DNA of 20,000 nucleotides from assembly GCF_002105155.1 (NCBI RefSeq), contig NW_019028996.1:726915-746914 (forward strand), written 5' to 3'. This document shows, piece after piece, positions 1 to 11,506 of this stretch. The notes under the pieces were generated by a model. It was given only the letters and a program-made list of their open reading frames with translations, did not search any database and was not told the origin of the DNA. The position numbers and the translations under genes are program-made. The stretch comes from Lobosporangium transversale. Its lineage: Eukaryota. Numbering within the stretch: position 1 is the first letter of the stretch; each line of letters begins with the position of its first letter.

Positions 1-77
1 GTGCTTGATTAATTTGTTCCGCTCATTTCCTTCACTCATTCCTCCATGCATAGTTTGCCTGTCAAGCCAAGTCGCGT

Positions 78-272
78 TGCAAGCGAAATCACTATAATAA
101 TTTTGTGCAACATTGTATTTCGCCCATATTTCTAGAGCATTCCTTGCAACAGGATATTAACTAGTATAAATAGGTCTACTTTTCTATCTAGTTCTGTAGC
201 ATGGTTCCCCCTGAATAAAGATACCTTTATTGCACCCTTAGATCCCCCTAGAACACTACCTTGACTTTTGCA
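78..272 (+). repeat. 5' LTR (195 bp)
   Basis: TGCAAGCG...TTTTGCA with TATAAATA and AATAAA motifs; 5 substitutions versus the 3' LTR by manual comparison. Confidence 0.96.
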
Positions 273-273
273 T

Positions 274-286
274 TGGTAGCAAAGGA
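274..286 (+). promoter_or_regulatory. Primer binding site, probably tRNA-iMet
   Basis: TGGTAGCAAAGGA directly after the 5' LTR; complementary to the ...GCUACCA 3' end of eukaryotic initiator Met tRNA (Ty1/Ty3 PBS also begins TGGTAGC). Confidence 0.75.
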
Positions 287-339
287 AACCACGACCACCC
301 CCAGAGAACTACAATTACCATTGAATTTCACCCCTCGCC

Positions 340-1260
340 ATGGAACACTTGAATAACGCCCTTTCGTCCATCGATCTTCCTCTGAACATTCGCGAAGCCA
401 TAGCTACTGCTTTTAATCAGGCCCTCTCTACTGCTAAAGTCAACGAAGCCGCTGAGAATGACCTAGCCAGAACCCTCGCCACGGTCCTAAAGCCACAGAA
501 GCCTACGCCTTACGAAGGAGCTATTAACGCTGTTGCAGCCTTAAACTTTGTCGACAGCCTGGAGGAGTATTACACTATTGTCACACTCACGCCATCCAAA
601 TGGGTTCGATACGCTGTCCTCAGTCTCAATGGCGAAGCCAAGGCATGGTGGAGAGATTCCGGGTTGAATCTCGATACACCTTGGGCTGACTTCCGTAAAG
701 CATTCCTCCGTCAGTTCACCCCTCCAGATTCTGCGAATGCAGCTCGCCGAGCGTTGGATAAACTTCGTCAGGGAAGGATGAGTGTGGCAGAATATACGAG
801 CAAGTTTAGAAGCCACCTACGTCTGGCTACAAATCTCGACAAAGACTCTGCTTTGCAAAAATACATGCTAGGCCTTGAGCCCGAAACAAGCAAGCAGGTA
901 AGACTTAGACAGCCAGAGACGTTGGACGATGCCATTGAGCAGGCGACCATTGTCCACAGTATTCTACATCCCATCGATGCCACCCCTGTATCCGCTACCC
1001 CGAACGCCTTATCACCCCATCATGAGAATAATTCTGGCCCTACACCAATGGATCTCGATAACATGAGAATGTTGGTTGCCAACCTGTACACCTCTCTCCA
1101 TCAGCAACGACCAAACAGAAACCACTCCAAGCCAAGCTCGCTACCCAAGCTCACAGCAGCTGAACGAGAACGTTGCGTTCGTGAGGGGCGTTGTTTCAGA
1201 TGCCGGAACCGAGGTCATAGAGCCTTTGTGCACAAATATAACATCCATGCCCCTTTCTGA
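340..1260 (+). CDS. gag: Gag (retrotransposon gag domain plus zinc knuckle)
   Basis: LNGEAKAWW...LRQGRMSVAEYTSKF capsid-like motifs, GPTPMDLD, and CFRCRNRGH knuckle whose last Cys is in the next frame. Confidence 0.92.
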   Translation: MEHLNNALSSIDLPLNIREAIATAFNQALSTAKVNEAAENDLARTLATVLKPQKPTPYEGAINAVAALNFVDSLEEYYTIVTLTPSKWVRYAVLSLNGEAKAWWRDSGLNLDTPWADFRKAFLRQFTPPDSANAARRALDKLRQGRMSVAEYTSKFRSHLRLATNLDKDSALQKYMLGLEPETSKQVRLRQPETLDDAIEQATIVHSILHPIDATPVSATPNALSPHHENNSGPTPMDLDNMRMLVANLYTSLHQQRPNRNHSKPSSLPKLTAAERERCVREGRCFRCRNRGHRAFVHKYNIHAPF

Positions 1261-2226
1261 TCACTCTATTGCTCCCACTGCATCTACTTCCTTACATCTA
1301 CTCTCTAAGTATTCACCTCATCCTGATCCCCATTCCCCTACTCATTCCTCATTGCTAAAAAACAATCCCCTCTCCGACCCTATTTTCCCCTCCACTGATC
1401 CTTTCACTGTTTCCACTTCACTCACTTCCACTCATTCATCTACCCCTAGTTCATCCAATCGCCACTCCCATTGTCGTAACGAAATTCGCCTTCAATCCTT
1501 CAGCCTTACCTATGACAAACATAAAAACTCTCGCCGACTCCTTACTTTCATTGGAGCAGTGAATGGTCGACCTGCGCGCATTCTTGTAGATGGAGGGGCC
1601 GAAGGCAATGTCATAAGTTCCTCTTTCTGCGAGAACACACATGTTCCGCTAATTGAGGGTAGACCCATTCCTGTCATTCTTCCCAACGGTACCGAGACAA
1701 TTGCTCAGCACACAGCCACGTTCACCCTCGCCCGCAACGCGTATCAGGATAAAATCAACGCCATTGTTTATCCTCTATCCAAATACGACCTAATTTTGGG
1801 TAAACCATGGCTGACGGATATCAACCCTCGCATCAATTGGCGAACAAATGATCTGCATTTTGAATACCAAGGTACCCCGGTCTTGTGGCCTTGCACTGGC
1901 ATCGACAGGAAGCCTAGACAGCGATCTTCCGTCATATCTGCTCTTAACTTCCTTACCGTTGCCTCGGAACCTGATGCCTCTGTATTCCTCGCCCAAGTTC
2001 GAGTTCCAGTACCTGTCTCTAGCAGTAGTTCTGAACTACCGGACTCTATCAAGCAAATCGTTCAAGTCGAATTCCCTGATGTCTTTCCTACAACGCTTCC
2101 TGATGGCCTTCCCCCTGACAGAGGTGATAGCATGCGTATAGAGACTGACCCTTATGCTGACCCACCTGTCCGACCTGTCATCAGATTGTCGATCGCTGAG
2201 CTTGATGAACTGAAGAAGCAGCTAAC
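1229..2226 (+). CDS. pol: Pol N-terminal part: aspartic protease and linker
   Basis: RILVDGGAEGNVIS catalytic motif and YDLILGKPWL; reading ends at the solo-LTR insertion (ELKKQL|). Confidence 0.88.
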
Positions 2227-2420
2227 TGCAAAAGTCAAGGTAGTGTTCTAGGGGGATCTAAGGGTGCAATAAAGGTATCTTTATTCAGGGGGAACTATGC
2301 TACAGAACTAGATAGAAAGTAGACCTATTTATACTAGTTAATATCCTGTTGCAAGGAATGCTCTAGAAATATGGGCGAAATACTATGTTGCACATAATTA
2401 TTAGAGTGATTTCGCTTGCA
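2227..2420 (-). mobile_element. Solo LTR of the same Gypsy family, inserted antisense in pol
   Basis: Reverse complement of the LTR, flanked by 5-bp TSD CTAAC (2222-2226, 2421-2425). Removing it restores ...[12 protein letters not shown] in frame. Confidence 0.95.
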
Positions 2421-5144
2421 CTAACTGATCTTTTACAAAAAGGATTAATCTCACCGAGCACCTCACCATACGGTGCTCCAGTCCTCTTTGTGAAGAAAAA
2501 GGATGGCTCGCTTCGAATGTGTGTTGATTATCGGGGCCTGAACAAGATCACAAAGAAAAACAGGTACCCCTTACCACGGATCGATGAATTGATCGACAGA
2601 TTCAGAACAGCTAAATGTTTTACCAAGCTGGATCTACTCTCGGGCTATCATCAAATGCGTGTCCATCCTGATGATAAACACAAGACCGCGTTCCGAACTC
2701 GCTATGGCCACTACGAGTTTAACGTCGTACCTTTCGGTCTTACAAATGCACCTGCAGCGTTCTCGACTATGATGCGTAACGTACTTGATCCACTTCTTGA
2801 TAAATGTGTTGTTGTGTATCTCGATGATATTTTAATTTACTCCGATAACGAGAAAGATCACTTAGAGCACATCCGAAAAGTACTCTCCCTCTTGCGTCAA
2901 GCTGGGCTTTATTGTAAATTATCCAAGTATTCCTTCATGCAGGAAGAGACTGAGTTCCTAGGCCATGTCATATCCAAGGATGGACTCAAGACGAATGGCG
3001 GACTTGTCAAGGCAATAAGGGAATGGCCAGTACCAACAACCCAACGACATGTGATGCAATTCCTTGGTTTGACTAATTTTTACCATCAGTACATTTCTCA
3101 TTACGCTGATATTGCTCTTCCCCTCACACAATTGTTAGGCTGCAATAAGGAATTCCACTGGGGAAAATCTCAACAAGACGCCTTTGAGACTTTGAAAAGA
3201 GCAGTGAGCTCAGCACCAGTTCTTAGGATATTCGATCCTGCCCTCTCTACAGCAGTCGAAACAGACGCTTCAGGCTTTGCAATTGGTGCTGTCTTGTTCC
3301 AGACGGACCAAAATGGTGAATCACGACCAGTAGCTTTTACTTCACGCAAGCTCAACCCAGCGGAACGCAACTATCCTACACACGAACAAGAACTGCTGGC
3401 TGTGGTGCATGCTCTGAAGACATGGCGATACTACCTTGATGGTTCTCACTTTGTCGTTTATACCGACCATGCCACTCTACAACATTTTCCTAGCCAGCCG
3501 AACTTGACTCGCAGACAAGCAAGATGGATGGAGTTGCTTCAAGAGTATGATTTCGTATTCAAGTATAAACCTGGTAAAGATAACGTCGTCCCTGATGCTC
3601 TTTCACGAAGACCGGACCTCAAGGACTTGGAGGCTACACCTACTACTTTGAACTCCTTGGTTATCAATCTAGACCCTGGCATTCGAAAACAACTAGCCAG
3701 TTGCTACCTACACGATCCAATTCTAGGTCCCCTCGTGCATCAGTATAAGGATGCCTCTACCCCGGATCGTTACTTCGTGGTAGATGGTCTACTCTGGATC
3801 AACGCTGGACAAGGCCCTCGCCTCTGCATACCCAAGGACGACGGACTCCGTTCACAACTCTTGCATGACGCTCACGACGCTCCTATATCAGGCCACTTGG
3901 GACTCGATAAAACGTACAGTAGCATGCGACGAACATATTTTTGGCCACGCATGGCGAGGGATATAAAAAAATACATTGCTTCCTGTGAGCAATGCCAGCG
4001 TAACAAGCCTTCACTAAAGCCTCCTGCAGGGCTTTTCCAACCTTTGGCAATTCCAAGCCAACGATGGGATACTGTAACAATGGACTTCATTGTCAAGCTT
4101 CCGAAGACAGCCAGAGGTTTTGACGCGATTACGGTCTTTGTGGACAAACTGTCCAAGCAAGTTCATTTCTGCGCTAGCCGAACTACCGACACTGCCTCTG
4201 ATGTTGCACGACTCTTTTTCGACAATGTTTTTAGACTGCACGGCATGCCTCGGACAATTGTGTCAGATAGAGATTCACGTTTCACCGGCAAGTTCTGGAC
4301 AACGTTGATGAAGCTCATGGGCACCAAACTTAACATGTCTACTGCCTTCCTTCCACAATCAGACGGACAAACAGAGCGCGCCAACAGAACATTAGAAGAA
4401 ATGCTCCGCTCTTACATATCGTACAAGCAAAACGACTGGGATCTTTTACTGCCTATGATGGAGTTCGCATACAACAACTCTGTCAATCCTACGACAGGCT
4501 TCTCCCCATTCTTTCTGAACTATGGTCACCATCCACTAGTCCCTGGATCTCTTTTAAAGCCACCTGATACCAATGTTCCGGCTGTCAGTGATTTTGTTCG
4601 AACCCAGTCGATGAATTTGGCGCTAGCTCAGGATGCCATCATCGAAGCGCAGAATAGGCAAAAGGCCCAAGCGGACAAAACTCGCAGGCCTGCTACGTTT
4701 GCTGTGGGTGACATGGTGCTCTTAAGCTCGGAAAACATCTCTGTCGCGGGACATAAAAATAGGCCGTCGCAGAAACTGGAACCTGAGTACATAGGCCCTT
4801 ACAAGATCATTTCGAAGGTCAATGAAAATGCCTACAAGCTGGAACTACCGCCTGACATGCATCAACATCCAGTCTTTAATGCCGATCTGCTTCGCCCCTA
4901 TATTGAGTCACCTCGTGAATTCGGCGACCGCTTACCACCACGCCCTGCCCCCGAGCTTGTAGATGGAGAAGAGGAGTATGAAGTCGACAAAATCATTGAC
5001 TTCAAAATGTTTGGCAAAACTCCTAAGTGGCTCGTTCTTTGGAAAGGCTATCCATTAGATGAAGCCACTTGGGAAACAAAATCTTCGCTCGCAAACGCTA
5101 AAGAGGCGCTTGCCGTCTTTGAGGCTTCAAGAAAAACAAGATAA
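2421..5144 (+). CDS. pol: Pol C-terminal part: RT, RNase H, integrase, chromodomain
   Basis: YLDDILIYS (RT); [10 protein letters not shown] (RNase H); HDAPISGH...CEQC (HHCC); MDF/SDRD/TERAN (DDE); GPY motif; EYEVDKII...LVLWKGY...TWE chromodomain. Confidence 0.96.
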   Translation, partial: LTDLLQKGLISPSTSPYGAPVLFVKKKDGSLRMCVDYRGLNKITKKNRYPLPRIDELIDRFRTAKCFTKLDLLSGYHQMRVHPDDKHKTAFRTRYGHYEFNVVPFGLTNAPAAFSTMMRNVLDPLLDKCVVVYLDDILIYSDNEKDHLEHIRKVLSLLRQAGLYCKLSKYSFMQEETEFLGHVISKDGLKTNGGLVKAIREWPVPTTQRHVMQFLGLTNFYHQYISHYADIALPLTQLLGCNKEFHWGKSQQDAFETLKRAVSSAPVLRIFDPALSTAVETDASGFAIGAVLFQTDQNGESRPVAFTSRKLNPAERNYPTHEQELLAVVHALKTWRYYLDGSHFVVYTDHATLQHFPSQPNLTRRQARWMELLQEYDFVFKYKPGKDNVVPDALSRRPDLKDLEATPTTLNSLVINLDPGIRKQLASCYLHDPILGPLVHQYKDASTPDRYFVVDGLLWINAGQGPRLCIPKDDGLRSQLLHDAHDAPISGHLGLDKTYSSMRRTYFWPRMARDIKKYIASCEQCQRNKPSLKPPAGLFQPLAIPSQRWDTVTMDFIVKLPKTARGFDAITVFVDKLSKQVHFCASRTTDTASDVARLFFDNVFRLHGMPRTIVSDRDSRFTGKFWTTLMKLMGTKLNMSTAFLPQSDGQTERANRTLEEMLRSYISYKQNDWDLLLPMMEFAYNNSVNPTTGFSPFFLNYGHHPLVPGSLLKPPDTNVPAVSDFVRTQSMNLALAQDAIIEAQNRQKAQADKTRRPATFAVGDMVLLSSENISVAGHKNRPSQKLEPEYIGPYKIISKVNENAYKLELPPDMHQHPVFNADLLRPYIESPREFGDRLPPRPAPELVDGEEEYEVDKIIDFKMFGKTPKWLVLWKGYPLDEATWETKSSLANAKEALAVFEASRKTR

Positions 5145-5157
5145 TAGGTTTCTTCAT

Positions 5158-5168
5158 GACGGGAAGGA
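5158..5168 (+). promoter_or_regulatory. Polypurine tract
   Basis: GACGGGAAGGA immediately before the 3' LTR. Confidence 0.7.
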
Positions 5169-5363
5169 TGCAAGCGAAATCACTATAATAATTTTGTGCA
5201 ACATAGTATTTCGCCCATATTTGTAGAGCATTCCTTGCAACAGGATATTAACTAGTATAAATAGGTCTACTTTTCTATCTAGTTCTGTAGCATGGTTCCC
5301 CCTGAATAAAGACACCTTTATTACACCCTTAGATCCCCCTAGAACACTACCTTGATTTTTGCA
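5169..5363 (+). repeat. 3' LTR (195 bp)
   Basis: Direct repeat of 78-272, followed by TSD CGCGT. Confidence 0.96.
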
Positions 5364-5816
5364 CGCGTCTCCTAGTTTTCTAGCTCCGTGAATAGCTCCA
5401 AGGATTCTAGAAGAGCTATAAACCAATAACCAAGACTTATAGTGCCAAGGAACCTTGCAATAAGATTGCACCAGATATCTTCCTCGGATCCTGTGTATTA
5501 AGTTAACTCAACACTTGAAGTTCCGCATATGGTAAAAGTCCTTAGGAAATATTTGAGTAAGCTTTATTTAGAGTTCTTGAAGCGCGTCTCCGCTTCAGTC
5601 AAACAAGTATAAATATGATAGATTTGTAACATAGTAAACCTCAGTCTGCAATAAAACTATTCTTGAATCTCCTAAGCTCATTTTTGTTCCTAAATCACTT
5701 ACCTTCTCTTGCAATTGTCCTGTCAGTCCTTGACGGTAATTGCACGCGAGGTTGATACGGGTATATTTAGATCCATTCTGGCAGTTCAAGAATACATCAG
5801 ATCGAGCAGTGCTCCT

Positions 5817-6086
5817 ATTCGAACCATTCGAATCGAATTCGAATAGATATCAGGATTCGAATGCTATTCGAACCGCTCGAATGATTCGAGCCATTCGAAC
5901 CGTTCGAATGATTCGAACCATTCGAACCATTCGACATTCGAACCATTCGACATTCGAACCGTTCGAATGATTCGAACCATTCGAACCATTCGACATTCGA
6001 ACCGTTCGAATGATTCGAACCATTCGACCCTCGAATCATTCGAACCATTCGAACCATTCGACACTCGAACCATTCGAACCATTCGA
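5817..6086. repeat. hAT left subterminal repeat array (CCATTCGAA-like units, TTCGAA palindromes)
   Basis: Many tandem and inverted TTCGAA-containing 7-9-mers; likely transposase binding sites by analogy to Ac/Hermes. Confidence 0.85.
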
Positions 6087-6269
6087 TACACGATAGGAAA
6101 TGGTAATTCTAAACTTGTGTTTGTAGTTTTCATTATGTTTCATCTCCTGCCTTATTTCTCTTTCCTTCTTTTTCCTCTTTTGCCTTTCTTCCTGTGGTTC
6201 CCCGAAATTTAATCAAATAAAAGACTACCCCTTTTAACTTATTCATGCATGATTTGGTTTGAACTTGTT

Positions 6270-6830
6270 GCTCTTTTTTTTTTTTTTTTCCTAATTTCCT
6301 AATTCCCACGCCAATTAGTAGTGTTATCTTAATCTTTTTCTTTCCGTTTTTTTTTTTTTCTTTCATTTACTGATTATTTTCTTCCATTTACTCATTCTTC
6401 TCTTCCATTTACTCATTCTTCTCTTCCATTTACTCATTCTTCTCTTCCATTTACTCATTCTTTTCTTTCATTTAATCCTTATTTTTATTCATCTACTCCT
6501 TATTTTCTTTTATTTACTCATTATATTCTTACATTTACTCATATTTTTACTCTTCATCTCATTCTATTTATTCTTATTCTGTTCTCTCTTCACTTTTCTT
6601 ATTCTTATTATTTTCTTTTTCTCATTCTTGTCTTTTTATTTTCTCACTCTTTTCTTGTCTTTTCTTTTTCTCACTCTTTCTTGTCTTTTCTTTTTCCTTT
6701 TCATTTCATTTCTTTTATTATTTTATTTATTTTGTTTCTCTCTCGTCTTTCTTGTCTTTCGTTACAGTTCCATCCCTCTCATCTGCTTTGTTTTTCGTGT
6801 CTTTTATTTTTCCTATTTCCCTTGCAATTA
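6270..6830. repeat. Pyrimidine-rich low-complexity tract including a 21-bp tandem repeat
   Basis: Poly-T runs; TTCCATTTACTCATTCTTCTC repeated about 4 times from 6382. Confidence 0.8.
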
Positions 6831-6842
6831 CTGTTTGAGAAA

Positions 6843-9517
6843 ATGACAAAGAGCAGCCGACGCCGTATTGCAACTTCTGAAAGCGAGGAGGAAGAGCATG
6901 AAGAAGAGGTAAATATTAACTACTTTGACAACATACTGTGACTGTTAAGAAAGATAGTTAACCTTAAAAACTTTTTAACGGTTCTATGACACTTTGATGG
7001 ATTTAAGGTTAATGATGTGAGTAATATGTCTATGTCGACCACTTTCGACATCACTGACGGTAGCATGGGTACGGAAAGCATGGGAAGTGTCAGTATCAGT
7101 AGCAAGAAAGGCACCCGAGTTTGGGGGTGGGCCATTAAAAACAAATGGGCTGAACGCGTTGAAACAAAAAAAGGCGCAGTCATACGCTGTCGTTTCCCTG
7201 GCTGCAAGATGGAATATACGTCAAGTACGATGACAACCAGTGGAATCAATTCACATTTGGCTAATAAGCACCATATTAGAAAAGATAGCCACGTGAATGA
7301 TGGTAGCCTCTCCCGGCAAGGCCCATTGGATGTAATGTTTTCTTCTTCTCCAAGGGTATTTGACCCTACAAGATTCGATGATTTGCTTGTGCGTTTTGTC
7401 GTTACGACGAAGGAGCCATTCGCTGTTGTAAAGAGTGCAGCTTTTCAAGAGCTTCTAAATCATGCAACAATGGCCGCAATGGCTCAAGTCAAGCTCCCCT
7501 CAGATGATACCATGGCAAACAAGGTAGCTCTCCTTTTTCTTCTACTCCACTTTTTTTGGCTTTATTTTTTTATTATTTATCTATTATTATCATCTTTATT
7601 TATTTCTACGTTATTACTTTCCCTCCACTGGAGCCTAACAAAGTTTACTAATTTGAAATAGACGAGACGAAAATATGATGATATGGAACAAGAAGCGATT
7701 GCCTTATTTGAAGGCATCAATAAGATTTCATTGACTGCTGATAGCTGGACAAGTCCTTTTCAGGACGACTTCTTAGGAGTCACGGCTCATTGGATCGACA
7801 AGGATTGGCGCCAAAAAGAGCTAGTGATAGGGTTTGAGCCTCTACTCGGAATGCACACAGGCGAGATGCAAACGTGTTATACAATACTGACTCAAACCTT
7901 TGAGGAGGGCTCAACTATCACGCGCACCCCAGGCGCCAAGACGCCAAGCCCAAGTGCCAAGACACCAAGCCCCAACCCTATCAATTATCAGTATAAATAG
8001 TCCACTACGTTATAGCCAAATAAAGTATCCTTTGACCTTCGATTCCACCTAAGATCACCTTTGATTGTTACTATTTACACGAGAACCTCGCCGAAGCTCT
8101 CGTCAGTGTTATTAAGCGCTTTAAAATTGGCGATAAGCTCCAAAGCATCACTACCGATAACGCATCAAACATGACCAAAATGGTGCGAGAAGTTGTGAAT
8201 CATCCCGAAGCAGTTGAATGGTAAACAATTGTACTACTGAACTAACTTTGGCTTCTATAATAGTTACATGTCTCTAACTTTGGTATTTAAAAAACTACGA
8301 TTAGGCCACTCATAGATAACCTGTACCATATACCATGCCTTGGTCATATTATAAACCTGGCTGTACAAGCAATGCTAGGTCCTAACGGCTTAAATGATCC
8401 AGCCCTTGAGAATGACAACGGCTACTCTGACGATAGTGGGGACGAAGACACAATTGGGTCGATGGAAGTAACGCTAAGCACATTGCAGAAGCTGAGGAAA
8501 GGCATCATGAAGATCAGGCAAGTATTTCGATATGATTATGATAGCAAATAACATGGGTGACAGGAAACTCAGCTAACCATCGGTTACATTTACCACTTGC
8601 TGTGTAGATCATCACCGCAAAGGATGTATCAGTTTGGCCGTGTTTGTGATATTGTGAAGAGCCCAAAGCTTGAGTTGATAAGGGACAACAGAACACGATG
8701 GAACTCTACTTCCACAATGGTTGAAAGAGCAATAACTCTAAAAGATGCTTACCAGTCTATGTGTAAGAACGAAGCTATCCTAGCGCCATACATTCTGAAG
8801 GATGAGGAATGGCTATATCTTCAAAAGCTCCAGTTGTTGCTTAGTCGATTCGTCGCTATCACTAACATCGTGTCTTCCAGCGTGGGTTATCCGACGATTA
8901 ACCGAGCAATGTCCGTATACAACTTAATGATCGATCATTTAGAAGAGTTTATTGAAGAAGAAAAAGACCCCTCACTTAACCAGGCGGCAAGTCAGGGATT
9001 ACAAAAGCTTCTGAACTATTATTCTAAAACAGATACCACCTCGGTTTATGCAGTAGCCACTGCCATGGATCCAAGAATGCGATTTAACTGGTGGGAGGTA
9101 AATGACTGGGGTGTATACATCGAAAGCAGCAAAAATATGGTGAAAGAGGTATGGGAAAAAGAATACAAAGGAAAAGAAGGCCCCGCCCAAGTGCCTGCTG
9201 ACCAAGAGTATGAAATGAAGCTCTATGGAATCAGTACGCAAGCTGGAGAGCTTGAAGAGTATGTCCGTGAAGGAAGTTCGCTAGTTGCCAGCAAGCAGGA
9301 GCCTCCAGAGTTGGTGCACTGGCGCTCGCAGAATGAACGCTGGCCCAATTTAGCAAATATGGCACGAGACTACCTCGCTATACCTGTGACATCGACCCCA
9401 GCTGAACGTTGTTTCTCCCAGGCTAAGTTCATTATGTCCGCTGAGAGAAATAGTCTTCTCCCTACAACGATCCAACGATTAGTAGTTTTGGATTCTTGGT
9501 TGAAAGAGATGTCTTGA
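6843..9517 (+). pseudogene. hAT transposase (BED finger, DDE, dimerisation domain), 4 predicted introns, interrupted by a solo LTR
   Basis: Predicted exons 6843-6908, 7008-7523, 7662-8220 (minus LTR 7867-8079 and one TSD), 8305-8517, 8608-9517 join in frame. Motifs: CRFPGC...HLANKH, TADSWTS, TTDNASN, CLGHIINL, TRWNST, TSTPAERCFS. Confidence 0.88.
7867..8079 (+). mobile_element. Solo LTR (213 bp) of a second LTR-retrotransposon family
   Basis: TGCAAA...TTTACA ends, 5-bp TSD CGAGA (7862-7866, 8080-8084), TATAAATA and AATAAA. Removal restores HTGENLAEAL. Confidence 0.88.
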
Positions 9518-9527
9518 TTGAGACATA

Positions 9528-11155
9528 CACTATCATGCAAAACTGATTCAATAATTCATTCCCATGTGCATTTCTTTTTTTCATTCCTAGAAACCGTATA
9601 TGCATACACCACTCATACTTTGGTTTAATAAAGCTCCCGTCTTCTTCTACGTCCTAGTGATGCGTTGTGACATTAGCTTGTCTCATTTGAATAGCTAATG
9701 ACTTTTTTGTTCATGCAGGTCATTGAATCAGTTTCACATGTGGTCTAAAATGTTGCCCATGGCAACTTTTGGACGTCATTTAATGCCAGTAAAAAAAGGA
9801 CTTTTCTCTCTTTCCTTTATGAACACTTGCTTAACTCTTAACTATACCTTCACAGAATATGAGACCCACTCCACAAAGGAAAGTCAACGAAGCCAGGAGG
9901 TTAATGATGGGAGGCATGTCTACTAGAGAAACTGCTGCTAGTGTTGGTATATCAATAGCGACGGCCACCAGGATCTATGCACATAATAAGGAGTACATGC
10001 CAGTCAATAAAGGCGGTCGACCAAGGAAAGTACCTAGAGGTATCATGCAGTATCTTAAGGTGAACATGAAACGAGGTACACTCAAGTCTGCAGTTGAGGC
10101 CACCGCCAGAGCCAACCAGCTCATACCAGCGGCTGTTTCTGAGACCACCGTTAGACGACGGCTCAAGGAGTTAGGATTGACAGCAAAGAGGCGTGTACAT
10201 AAGCCAGCTTTACGTCGACGACATATTAAAGCTCGTTTGCATTTTATCAAAAAGTATAAGGAATGGACTCTGGAAGATTGGAAAAAGGTTATTTGGTCAG
10301 ATGAATCGAAAATAAACCGAATCTGCTCTGATGGCGTGCAGTGGATCTGGGGCGACAATCCGGGACGCCTCACTCGCAGGTCGGTGCAAGGCACTGTCAA
10401 GTTTGGGGGTGGTAATGTTAAAGTGTGGTCATGCTTCTCATGGCACGGACCTGGATACATTGCAAAGATTGACAATAATATGGACGCACAACTTTACATC
10501 AAACTACTGCAGGAGGATCTACAGATGTCGCTTGGTGACTGGGGCCTAACTAAAAGCGATATCGTCTTTCAGCACGACAATGACTCGAAGCACACGGCGA
10601 AGATTGTTAGGAAGTATTTGGAGTCAGTACATCTGACAGAAGAGGAAGGTACACTTCTAGAGTGGCCAGCACAATCCCCTGACCTCAACCCTATTGAACA
10701 CATGTGGGCAGAATTGGATAGGCGGCTCTCTAGGTATCCGGAGCGAGCTAAGAGCTGTGATGAACTATGGGAGCGAATATCGGTTGAATGGTACAGGATC
10801 CCAGTGGACTTCTGCCGCAAACTCATCATAGATATCCATAAGAGACTCCAAGCTGTCAGTGATGCCCATGGTTGGAATACTATCTATTGATGTAAGGTTA
10901 TGGCTCACAAAAGAATAAAGATCTTTGGCCACCGAATGGGCACATGTGAAACTGATTCAATGACCTGAATGAACAAAAAAGCCATTAGCTATTCAAATGA
11001 GACAAGCTAATGTCACAACGCATCACTATGACGTAGAAGAAGACGGGAGCTTTATTAAACCAAAGTATGAGTGGTGTATGCATATACGGTTTCTAGGAAT
11101 GAAAAAAAGAAATGCACATGGGAATGAATTATTGAATCAGTTTTGCATGATAGTG
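9528..11155 (+). mobile_element. Tc1/mariner DNA transposon with 215-bp TIRs
   Basis: TIRs 9528-9742 and 10941-11155 (few mismatches); TA TSD at 9526-9527 and 11156-11157. Confidence 0.95.
9859..10890 (+). CDS. Tc1-like transposase (intact, 343 aa)
   Basis: N-terminal HTH, GRPRK, WSDESK, QHDNDSKH, WPAQSPDLNPIEHMW. Confidence 0.95.
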   Translation: MRPTPQRKVNEARRLMMGGMSTRETAASVGISIATATRIYAHNKEYMPVNKGGRPRKVPRGIMQYLKVNMKRGTLKSAVEATARANQLIPAAVSETTVRRRLKELGLTAKRRVHKPALRRRHIKARLHFIKKYKEWTLEDWKKVIWSDESKINRICSDGVQWIWGDNPGRLTRRSVQGTVKFGGGNVKVWSCFSWHGPGYIAKIDNNMDAQLYIKLLQEDLQMSLGDWGLTKSDIVFQHDNDSKHTAKIVRKYLESVHLTEEEGTLLEWPAQSPDLNPIEHMWAELDRRLSRYPERAKSCDELWERISVEWYRIPVDFCRKLIIDIHKRLQAVSDAHGWNTIY

Positions 11156-11159
11156 TATA

Positions 11160-11506
11160 CAGTGCTCCTATTCGAACCTTTCGAATCGAATTTCACTGAT
11201 ATCGAATTCGATTCGAATGAGGTAAGCTCAAATTCGATTCGAATTCGATTAGATAACAAAATTCGAATGCTATTCGAATGGTTCGAATGATTCGAGCGAA
11301 CTATTGGCACAATAGTAAATGATAATTTTAAACTTTTTTTTTTATTTTTTTTTGATTGGGTGTAAAGTACAAGGACCATACTTTCGCTACGCGTAACCAG
11401 AGGCCCTATTCGAACCATTCGAACCATTCGAATCGAACCAGGATATGGCTTATTTGAATCGATTCGAATTTATCACGATTCGAATTCGAATCGAATAGGA
11501 GCACTG
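11160..11506 (+). mobile_element. Non-autonomous hAT element (MITE-like, 347 bp), same TIRs as the host hAT
   Basis: CAGTGCTCCTATTCGA...TCGAATAGGAGCACTG. 8-bp TSD GACATATA: right copy 11507-11514, left copy split by the Tc1 (GACATA 9522-9527 plus TA 11158-11159). Confidence 0.9.

Larger units (their letters stand above)
78..5363 (+). mobile_element. Ty3/Gypsy LTR retrotransposon (chromovirus), full length, disrupted
   Basis: Direct LTRs 78-272 and 5169-5363 (TG...CA) and a 5-bp TSD CGCGT (73-77, 5364-5368). PBS and PPT present. Domain order gag-PR-RT-RNaseH-IN-chromodomain. Confidence 0.97.

Noticed and set aside
2385..2420. [12 protein letters not shown] as the real pol N-terminus
   Set aside because: Derived from the antisense solo LTR with a TTG start; fortuitous in-frame fusion.
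5369..5806. Possible host gene remnant between Gypsy and hAT
   Set aside because: Only short ORFs, with no recognisable motif or consistent splice model.
5817..6086. Possible CRISPR array or repetitive small ORFs (MVRMVR..., FEPFE...)
   Set aside because: No unique spacers or cas genes; these are hAT subterminal repeats and the ORFs are by-products.
6133..6941. Hydrophobic or Lys-rich small ORFs
   Set aside because: Translations of the T-rich low-complexity tract; only 6843-6908 is used, as transposase exon 1.
7683..8000. ORF tail MQTCYT...KTPSP as part of the transposase
   Set aside because: Read-through into the inserted solo LTR 7867-8079.
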